From Candidatus Helarchaeota ASGARD archaeon Hel_GB_B (GTDB lineage: Archaea > Asgardarchaeota > Lokiarchaeia > Helarchaeales > HEL-GB-B), in contig SUPR01000104.1 of NCBI GenBank assembly GCA_005191425.1, positions 1-10,939 on the forward strand: a DNA stretch of 10,939 nucleotides, read 5' to 3'. Shown here one piece after another: positions 1-7,398 of this stretch. The translations under genes were made by a program, and so were the position numbers. The notes under the pieces were generated by a model, which searched no databases, was not told the DNA's origin, and saw nothing but the letters and a program-made list of their open reading frames with translations. How positions within the stretch are numbered: the first letter of the stretch is position 1; each line of letters starts with the position of its first letter.

Positions 1-516
1 GTTTGTTTAGCATTTGGTTTATTTTATTTAAATAACAATAATTTAGAAGATTCTATTAAGTATTTAAACGAGAGTAATGAAATTTTTAATGAAATAGGAA
101 ATGAATATTGGAAAATAGTAAATATGAGTCATTTAGGTACAGCATATTTAAACAATGATGAATTGGATAAAGCATATAAATATCTAAACGATTCACTTTC
201 GGGTAGTAAAAGGCTCAATATAATCGATATAACAACTCAAAATTTATTTAATATAATGGTTGTATTTGTGAAAGAAGGTAAGTATCGTAAAGCGCTTAAA
301 TTTGGAAATAATCTTTTAAACTATTTACAAACGGGTAATAAGATTAAGAAATTTCCGAAATTAAGGAAATTATTGTCATCAATCTATTCTACTATGGCAG
401 AAATTTATTCAAACCTTAATGATACATATAATTCTCGTTTATTTTTACAAAAAGCTATCAATATTCAAAGAGAAATTGTGCGTGATCTCGAACTTAAAGA
501 AATGCAAAACACATAA
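1..516 (+). CDS. TPR-repeat protein, C-terminal part (5' truncated by the window edge)
   Basis: Frame 1 is open from base 1 (VCLAFGLFYLNNNNLEDSIKYLNES...), so the ATG at 124 is internal. About four ~40-aa TPR-like units are visible (LGTAYLNNDELDKAYKYLNDSL; MAEIYSNLNDTYNSRLFLQKAI). Stop is TAA at 514-516. Confidence 0.85.
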   Translation, partial: VCLAFGLFYLNNNNLEDSIKYLNESNEIFNEIGNEYWKIVNMSHLGTAYLNNDELDKAYKYLNDSLSGSKRLNIIDITTQNLFNIMVVFVKEGKYRKALKFGNNLLNYLQTGNKIKKFPKLRKLLSSIYSTMAEIYSNLNDTYNSRLFLQKAINIQREIVRDLELKEMQNT

Positions 517-593
517 TTGCAAGTTCTATATTAAAGGAATCAATTAGTAAAAGGTAAAATAAAAAATCTTATATTAATTATACTAATTTAATC

Positions 594-2957
594 TTAATTG
601 ATTAAAATTTTTTTATTTTTTAAGAATTTTCTCATTTCTTTTTCATTTTTAAAAAAGTATTTCAAACTGGATAATATATTTTGAATTCCCAATGAGAATT
701 GACATTCTTTAGATAATATAAGTGCTTGTGAAAAATATTCTAATGCTTCTTTATCTTTCCCTAAAGCGCCATACAAATTACCAATATTATATAATTTTAT
801 TGCCATACCTTTTAGATTTCCTAATTGTTTTTCCAGTTCGTATGATTTTTTATATGTGTCAATAGCTTTTTGAAAATTCATTAATCCAAAATGTATATTT
901 GCGATATTTCCTATTGAATTTGCTAAGCCCTTAATATTATTTGTTTTTTCAAAAATTTTTCTAGCTTTTTGATACAGATCTAAAGCCATTTTAAGTTTTT
1001 TATAACGTGTATTTTTAGAAGCATCTTTTTTAGATTGATCAACATATATATTAGCTATATTTAAAAATGCTATGGCTTGATCATCAAAATTTCCTGTCAT
1101 TAGACTCAATTTTTCAGCAGATTTATAAGATTCGAGTGCTTTATTATATTCATTTTTTTGTCTGTATATGTTTCCCAAATTAATTAGAGATGTATATGTT
1201 ATATCAAGATTATTCATTTTTCTTCCAATTTCTAATGATTTTTGATATTTTTCGAATGCAGATTTAAGATCTCCTTTAATATAGTAGATCTCTGCCATAT
1301 TTGAGAGAATCATAGCAGATTGCTCGATAAATCCAAGTAATTGATAAGCTTTGTAAGACCTCATATAACAATCCATAGCTTTATCAAGTAATCCTTTAGT
1401 CTTATAAATTAAACCAATTTGAGAAAATGTAGCTGCTGTAATCTCATAATTTTCCAAAATTTTTGAATAATTTATTACATTTCCATAAATATTAGTTGCT
1501 TTATCTAAATTTCCAGAAAAATAATATATATTACCGAGCTCCAATAAAGTCCTTGTTTTTAACTCCAAATCACTTTTTCTAAAATGTTCTATTTTCATAT
1601 CAATATTATCAAATTGTTCCAAAATTTCATTATAATATTGAATAGCTCTGTTCTTATCGCCTAATTTACTATAGATGCCACCTAATAAAATTATAGATAA
1701 TAATTTTCCATGTTTATCGCTCTTATCTTTAAATATTTTTAATGATCTAGTAAAATGTTTTAAAGCTTCTTTTAATTTACCTGTACGATAAAATAATATT
1801 CCAATAAATTGCTCTATGAGACCTTCTTTCTTCACGGAATCAAAATTGATTTTTAACCATGAAGTAAATTCTTTTATTAAGTTTTGTTGTAAGTTCAAAT
1901 TATCTGGAGTAATTTCATATTTCATTAAATTTGATATAAACCTGAAGACATCACATTTTACTTTAAAAATTTCTATTGCAGGGTTAAGAATTCCAAATTC
2001 TTTTAAGAAATTGTCAAGATAATTTATATCAAGAGATTTTTCATTTTCTGAAGTAGTATTAAAAATCTCTATTATATGATCATCCGTTTTATTAATATTT
2101 AATTTATAAATTTCAAATGAATCATCGGTTCTTTTTTCGTATTCAAACCATATTATTCTTTTTATTCCTGAAATCTTTTTTATTTCGGGTATAATATCTA
2201 AATCATCATTTCCAGAATAACCCATTACTATTAATGTTTTTTCTTTAAGAATTTTCCTTAAAAAATTTCTCTTATACGGAGTCAAACCTAAAAATTCTGA
2301 CCCGGCTTCCTCTTTAATTTTCCTAGATATACTTTGGATATCAATTTCAATAGAATCAACTGTATTCTTATTTTCAAAATAATTTAAAGCAGATCCATGT
2401 AACTTGGCAATTAATATTGGGCTATTTTGAAGTGGTAAATAATTTAATTTGTCCTCATCTTTAATATTATTAGTCATCTCATTAAAATATTTAAAATCTT
2501 CATCATAAATTAGTAATTTAACATATTTTTTTAATTCCTCAGTGCTTCTAGACTCAGATTTAATTAAATTTTTTAATGCTTTCTCAATTAAAATATCGAA
2601 ATTTGTAGTTAAAATCGGAACATTTCTCATAGCATTTCTTGCTAAAAAATAGTGAATATTATTAGGTTCCCTATTTTGTAAAAAATAATTTAATAATGTT
2701 TTGTTATTATCAAATAAATATAAAAAAATGGTTATATAAGCCTCAAAACGAATGTTAAATAAAATCTCTTTTAATTTATTATATATATTACCTTGATTAT
2801 CAATTATATATTCTAAGATCCCTTCCATAATTCCTCTGGCGGATAATATATTAGATGGCGGATTCATAGAAATGCCCGCACCTACAAAAAATACTATATC
2901 CTCCTCTTTACACATTATCTCTTTTAAATCTAAATTATTAAAAATTTGAAACATCAT
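594..2957 (-). CDS. SIR2-like (sirtuin-fold, putative NADase) domain fused to nine TPR repeats
   Basis: The N-terminal half has FFVGAGIS, ILTTNFDILIE, KLHGS and VMGYSGNDDLDI, typical of SIR2-like domains. The C-terminal half has nine ~40-aa TPRs (e.g. LINLGNIYRQKNEYNKALESYKSAEKL). The track starts at TTG 2975, but GGTGA (2969-2965) lies 7 nt upstream of ATG 2957, so 2957 (or 2954) is preferred. Confidence 0.88.
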   Translation of the reverse strand: MMFQIFNNLDLKEIMCKEEDIVFFVGAGISMNPPSNILSARGIMEGILEYIIDNQGNIYNKLKEILFNIRFEAYITIFLYLFDNNKTLLNYFLQNREPNNIHYFLARNAMRNVPILTTNFDILIEKALKNLIKSESRSTEELKKYVKLLIYDEDFKYFNEMTNNIKDEDKLNYLPLQNSPILIAKLHGSALNYFENKNTVDSIEIDIQSISRKIKEEAGSEFLGLTPYKRNFLRKILKEKTLIVMGYSGNDDLDIIPEIKKISGIKRIIWFEYEKRTDDSFEIYKLNINKTDDHIIEIFNTTSENEKSLDINYLDNFLKEFGILNPAIEIFKVKCDVFRFISNLMKYEITPDNLNLQQNLIKEFTSWLKINFDSVKKEGLIEQFIGILFYRTGKLKEALKHFTRSLKIFKDKSDKHGKLLSIILLGGIYSKLGDKNRAIQYYNEILEQFDNIDMKIEHFRKSDLELKTRTLLELGNIYYFSGNLDKATNIYGNVINYSKILENYEITAATFSQIGLIYKTKGLLDKAMDCYMRSYKAYQLLGFIEQSAMILSNMAEIYYIKGDLKSAFEKYQKSLEIGRKMNNLDITYTSLINLGNIYRQKNEYNKALESYKSAEKLSLMTGNFDDQAIAFLNIANIYVDQSKKDASKNTRYKKLKMALDLYQKARKIFEKTNNIKGLANSIGNIANIHFGLMNFQKAIDTYKKSYELEKQLGNLKGMAIKLYNIGNLYGALGKDKEALEYFSQALILSKECQFSLGIQNILSSLKYFFKNEKEMRKFLKNKKILIN

Positions 2958-2964
2958 TCTTTTA

Positions 2965-2969
2965 TCACC
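2965..2969 (-). promoter_or_regulatory. Archaeal-type Shine-Dalgarno (GGTGA) for the SIR2-TPR gene
   Basis: TCACC on the + strand, 7 nt upstream of the ATG at 2957 on the - strand. Confidence 0.6.
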
Positions 2970-3159
2970 GATCAATTTTAAAATCTATATTTATTTAATA
3001 TTTTTTTCATAGATTATCACTAATCCTCTTTTATTGCTTTATATATATTCAATATTATAAGAAAAAGCATATTCCAAACCTAAAATAGATATATTTATTA
3101 TAAAAATACACTACGCACATAATTCACAACAATAAAGAGAAGGTTAAAATTCATTAAAT

Positions 3160-3263
3160 TCACATAATAATACATTTCGGACAAACATAGTACTCATTTT
3201 CCTCTACGCAAATATTACATTATCAGTACCGCATAAAAGACATTCAGTATATTTGTAGGGCAA
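3160..3263 (-). pseudogene. Possible frameshifted Cys-rich (zinc-binding) microprotein
   Basis: One - frame reads LPYKYTECLLCGTDN (3263-3219). The -1 frame continues CNICVEENEYYVCPKCIIM* (3219-3160). AGGTGA lies upstream at 3290-3285. Too short for the ORF track. Confidence 0.35.
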
Positions 3264-3696
3264 ATCTACTTTTGCAAAAGGAAATCACCTTTTCAAACAA
3301 TTTCACTGATATTAAATAATGTATTTTCATTTTTAATAAATAATAATTTAATTTTCACTTCAATTTTTCTATCTGGTAATTTCAGTAGAAATTATTGTAG
3401 GTATCGTATAGTTGGTTAAAAGGCCAAAAACAATAATAATTTAATGTAAAAACAAAATTCAAATTTTATTTTTTTATTTTTGAATTAAAAATTAAACTGA
3501 ATTTTTATCTCATTTATTCATATAATATAATATTTATTCTTATTTTAAAAAAGAAATTCAGTTTATTTCTTATTTTGTTAAAAAGTTATCAAAAATTACT
3601 AGATATTACAAAACGGGCTATATTTTTTTCTTAATTCAAAAAATCATGAAATATTCAAAAGATTTAGAAAAAATTCATAAAATAAATAAAATTGGG

Positions 3697-3704
3697 TATA
3701 TATT
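3697..3704 (+). promoter_or_regulatory. Candidate TATA box for the large ORF
   Basis: TATATATT about 30 bp upstream of TTG 3734. The background is AT-rich, so support is weak. Confidence 0.2.
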
Positions 3705-3733
3705 GAAAAAGTAGAAACAATAAATAAAATATT

Positions 3734-6700
3734 TTGGGAATTGTATTGGTTAAAATTAGAAATGATATAGATGAATTGGAAAAGGAATTAGAAAAAATTT
3801 TAAATATATTAAAAAAGGAAAAAGTCGAATGGCCTTACCAGAAAGTAGGACTTAATGAATTTAATAGAAATTATTTCCCATTTATAGAAGATTTAGATGA
3901 ATTAAAAAAGTTTCATTCATTTCAACCTAATCAATTAATTGCGGTTGTTGAAAATAAATTACGAACAGTAAATAGTCTTTTAAAACCATTAGAGACTAAT
4001 TTAAAAGCATTAAGATTTCAATATCAATTGCTTAATTTATTTTCTATTTATAATCCTGAAGAATGTATTGAAATATTGAAGAAAACTCCTAAAGGAATAC
4101 GTGAGGGGTTTACTTCGGAAAAATCATTAGAACTTGCTGCTCTTAATAACATTAATCAAAAACAAGTAGCAGAAATAATGAATTTATGGTTAAATATGCG
4201 ATATTATGGCGCATTATCATGTTCCTTAAGTCCAAAATTTATGATCCCAACTATTAAAGAAGGAAAATTAAAGGAAAAAATTAATTCAATAAAGAGTACT
4301 ATCGAAAAATCTGAGCCTGACCTTGAAAATAGACATAAAATGTATAATGAATGGGTATTTGCCAAACAAAAATTAGACGAAGAACGAAAATTAATGTCTT
4401 TTGGACCTGAGAGTGTCCAAATTATTGAGGACTCGTTAAATGCAATTTTACATTTATCTAAAAGAGGAGAAATTAATAGAGACCAAATTAATAAAGTTCT
4501 AAATTTAATTGATGCTATACTAACACAAATCGAGGAAGAATCTAAAAAAGAAAATAAAATTCTAATCCCCAAGGACAAAAAAGAGAAATTAATTGAATTA
4601 AAGGGCTACATTAAAAATAAACCAAATGAATTTTTCGAAATAGCTCAGATTGTTAATGCAATTGTAAGAAATCAAGCATTGAATGATAAACAAGTCCAAT
4701 TTCTTAAGGCAATAATAGAAAAATTAGAGAATTTACCCGAAAATTTGACGGATTTATCACAAAATCCAACTTTAATCGACTATTTAAAAAATATATTTGA
4801 ACCGCTTGAAGATTTAGATATTGAAAAATTAATTGAAAAATCAAAAAGTAAGAAAAAGGGAAAATTACCATCTAAAATTATTGGATATAAATTACTTGAG
4901 CAAATAATTAATTTATTTTCAGTTTGGATTACTGAAAAAATAACAAATAAAAAAGACGAAATGAAAAAATTTTTTGAAATATTTTCAGGTGTTCCATTAG
5001 TTTTAATTAATAAAATAGCAGAACTGATTAATAAAAAAGAAAAAGATTTTGATATTGATGAATTTAAATCTAATTTGATCTCTTTTCTCGCCTTTTCAGG
5101 AATTTATGAACTTTATAATAAAATAGGATTTGAAAAGAAAGTAGAAGAGGAAATAGAAGTCTCAAATGAAATTTTAATTCCACCTCAACCTGATCAGAGA
5201 CTAGCCCCTATTCAAAAACAAATTAAATTTGAATTTATGAAATTTATGGAAACTGCTGAATTTGAAAATGAACCAATATTTGATTTTCTAGAAAGTAAAA
5301 GAATTCCACCGATTCTTATTGTAGATTCTTTTATAGAAGCATCTGAGAAAATATTAATAGATATTATAAATTTAAATTCAAAAAATGCTCTTTACAAACT
5401 AGTTAATTTGAATAAAGACGAATATGAAGTTAAATTAAAGACATTAAAATTAAAATTACAACTTTTATTAGGTGATTGCGAAAAAGAATTAATCAATCTG
5501 TTAAAAAACCTAAAAATAAAGAAAAAAATTAAAACTAAAACTTTATTAAAACAATATAAGGAGAAAATTAGAGAAATTTGGATCAAAAAACTTATAGTAA
5601 GTAAGAAAATTGAGATTAAACCCCCTGAAGAAATAGGTACTAAAAAAGTTTCTGAAATTGCTGCAAAATTAATGCAAAAAAAAGCATCGATTTCTTCTAA
5701 TATCCCACCTAAAGCCCCACCAATAGCTGGTTCGCAAAAGGCATCTAAAATTCCGCCCAGAGCTATTTCAACACCACCTTCAAGGTTGCCACCTAAAGCC
5801 CCCACTCCAGTCCCGCCTAAAGCCACCACTCTAACCCCGCCTAAAGCCTCTACTCCAGTCCTGCCTAAAGCCTCTACTCCAGTCCCGCCTAAAGCCACCA
5901 CTCTAACCCCGCCTAAAGCCCCTACTCCAACCCCACCTAAAGCCTCTACTCCAGTCCCGCCTAAAGCCACCACTCTAACCCCGCCTAAAGCCACCACTCT
6001 AACCCCGCCTAAAGCCCCCACTCCAGTCCCACCTAAAGCCCCTACTCCAACCCCACCTAAAGCCCCTACTCCAACCCCACCTAAAGCCTCTACTCCAACC
6101 CCGCTCAAAACCCCGAATCAAATTTCACTTAAAGATGCCATTTCATCTTCACATAAAATTTCTACTTCGACTCCGCTTAAACCATCTCAAAAAGTAAAGA
6201 TAACCAGTAAAAAAATAATTGAATCAGAGAAAACAAGAGATTTAAAAAGAATTGAAATTAAAAATGAGGAACTTAACGCTATGCCAGAACAACTTTCATT
6301 GGATATTCCGCCACCAAGACCATCCATAAAGACCATATCAGCAAATAATATAGATGTTGGATTTGGTACTAAAAATAATGAAAATGACATTCCAATTGAA
6401 AACTTAAATGTACCATATACATCGAAAAACTCAGTTAAACATATTTTAGATGGAACTGATAAAAACTTAATGAGTATAAAAGAGGATAAAAAATATGGAG
6501 AGGGTGAAATTGAAGGTTCAAAAATTTCTGAAATTAATGGTGGTCAAAAAGGAGCAGCATTAGAAAGTGGGGTTATAAATTTAGCATCAAATAAGAGTAC
6601 GGTTAATTTTAAACTTGAAGAATATGGTTATGAGACTGAAGAGGAAGACATTTTTAAAGAAAAAACAGAAGAATTGAAAATAGCAATTGATGATGCAATG

Positions 6701-7348
6701 GACTTAATTCAGCAGTATATAGCAGATATTGATAAAATATCGCCCCAGGTATTAAAATCGGCTTTAAAATTAATATATGAGATACGAAAAACTGACATTA
6801 AAGATGTTAAAATTCAAGATGTAAGAAAAATTATTAATCTAGCTGAAGAATTAAAATCACAAAAGGAAGTTTTAGAAACCCAAACAAAAAAATTGAAAAA
6901 TCTAGAAACTAAATTAACTGAAAAAACTATTGAATCATTGGAAACAAAATTAACTCTTGTAGTATTAAAATTTGATGAATACATAGAATTTTTACAACAA
7001 AAAATTGAGATTTTATCAAATCGAAGTGGGATTATATTAGAAGAATTAAGTAAAAAATTTGGAAAACAAACTCGATTACGCAGAAAAATTATAAAAGGGA
7101 CTAAAAAATTAACAGAACATGTAGATATCTTGAAACGAATTTCTGATTTAACGCCTGAAGATTTTAAAAAGGCAAAGGAGTTATACTTAAAATTAAAAAT
7201 TGTACGACAGAAAAAAAACACGAAAAAAATTCATCAGATTACTAATGAAATGTCCAAATTATTAAATGTAGAACTTATCGAATTTCAAAGAGCAACAAGA
7301 GATAAGATTTTGAAAAACTCGATTGATGATTTATTTTCCAGTAAATAG
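3734..7348 (+). CDS. Large hypothetical protein (~1200 aa): helical N-terminal region, central Pro/Thr-rich disordered repeat, C-terminal coiled coil
   Basis: 3.6 kb stop-free frame with AT-biased codon usage like its neighbours, and E/K/L/I-rich helical segments. There is no in-frame ATG near the 5' end. The start is TTG 3734 or TTG 3746 (preceded by GGGA, giving MVKIRND...). No family recognised. Confidence 0.85.
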   Translation: MGIVLVKIRNDIDELEKELEKILNILKKEKVEWPYQKVGLNEFNRNYFPFIEDLDELKKFHSFQPNQLIAVVENKLRTVNSLLKPLETNLKALRFQYQLLNLFSIYNPEECIEILKKTPKGIREGFTSEKSLELAALNNINQKQVAEIMNLWLNMRYYGALSCSLSPKFMIPTIKEGKLKEKINSIKSTIEKSEPDLENRHKMYNEWVFAKQKLDEERKLMSFGPESVQIIEDSLNAILHLSKRGEINRDQINKVLNLIDAILTQIEEESKKENKILIPKDKKEKLIELKGYIKNKPNEFFEIAQIVNAIVRNQALNDKQVQFLKAIIEKLENLPENLTDLSQNPTLIDYLKNIFEPLEDLDIEKLIEKSKSKKKGKLPSKIIGYKLLEQIINLFSVWITEKITNKKDEMKKFFEIFSGVPLVLINKIAELINKKEKDFDIDEFKSNLISFLAFSGIYELYNKIGFEKKVEEEIEVSNEILIPPQPDQRLAPIQKQIKFEFMKFMETAEFENEPIFDFLESKRIPPILIVDSFIEASEKILIDIINLNSKNALYKLVNLNKDEYEVKLKTLKLKLQLLLGDCEKELINLLKNLKIKKKIKTKTLLKQYKEKIREIWIKKLIVSKKIEIKPPEEIGTKKVSEIAAKLMQKKASISSNIPPKAPPIAGSQKASKIPPRAISTPPSRLPPKAPTPVPPKATTLTPPKASTPVLPKASTPVPPKATTLTPPKAPTPTPPKASTPVPPKATTLTPPKATTLTPPKAPTPVPPKAPTPTPPKAPTPTPPKASTPTPLKTPNQISLKDAISSSHKISTSTPLKPSQKVKITSKKIIESEKTRDLKRIEIKNEELNAMPEQLSLDIPPPRPSIKTISANNIDVGFGTKNNENDIPIENLNVPYTSKNSVKHILDGTDKNLMSIKEDKKYGEGEIEGSKISEINGGQKGAALESGVINLASNKSTVNFKLEEYGYETEEEDIFKEKTEELKIAIDDAMDLIQQYIADIDKISPQVLKSALKLIYEIRKTDIKDVKIQDVRKIINLAEELKSQKEVLETQTKKLKNLETKLTEKTIESLETKLTLVVLKFDEYIEFLQQKIEILSNRSGIILEELSKKFGKQTRLRRKIIKGTKKLTEHVDILKRISDLTPEDFKKAKELYLKLKIVRQKKNTKKIHQITNEMSKLLNVELIEFQRATRDKILKNSIDDLFSSK
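5789..6100 (+). repeat. Intragenic tandem repeat, 13 x 24 bp, encoding PPKA(P/T/S)T(P/L)(V/T)
   Basis: Unit is CCRCCTAAAGCC-nnn-ACT-C(C/T)A-(GTC/ACC), with CTG as first codon in unit 4. CCTAAAGCC is invariant in all 13 copies, which are in frame. A degenerate copy starts at 5705 (PPKAPPIA). Confidence 0.97.
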
Positions 7349-7383
7349 ATAAATTATAATAGAATTTTTGATTTTTTTAAAAA

Positions 7384-7389
7384 GAGTGA
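7384..7389 (+). promoter_or_regulatory. Shine-Dalgarno-like GAGTGA upstream of the DUF99 gene
   Basis: GAGTGA 9 nt upstream of ATG 7399. Confidence 0.4.
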
Positions 7390-7398
7390 CTATCATTT

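Noticed and set aside
1816-2022. 68-aa + strand ORF
   Set aside because: Antisense to the SIR2-TPR gene, with no recognisable motif.
594-2957. Avs/STAND-type or Thoeris ThsA assignment
   Set aside because: No P-loop NTPase, SLOG or Macro domain is visible between SIR2 and the TPRs, and there is no TIR gene in the window.
3244-3330. 28-aa ATG-started - strand ORF (MKIHYLISVKLFEKVISFCKSRFALQIY)
   Set aside because: No ribosome-binding site or motif, and its length is expected by chance.
5789-6100. CRISPR array
   Set aside because: The units are contiguous with no unique spacers, are in frame within a CDS, and no cas genes are present.
5705-6100. Formin FH1 / profilin-binding polyproline tract
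   Set aside because: Proline runs are only two long (three at IPPPRP), and no FH2-like domain was recognised.
5392-6108. 238-aa antisense ORF with GGVGVGAL repeats
   Set aside because: It is the shadow of the 24-bp repeat (the repeat has no antisense stops) and lies entirely inside the long + strand gene.
4204-7221. Antisense ORFs 4204-4578, 6187-6390 and 6814-7221
   Set aside because: Phe/Ser/Ile-rich shadows of the K/E-rich sense gene.
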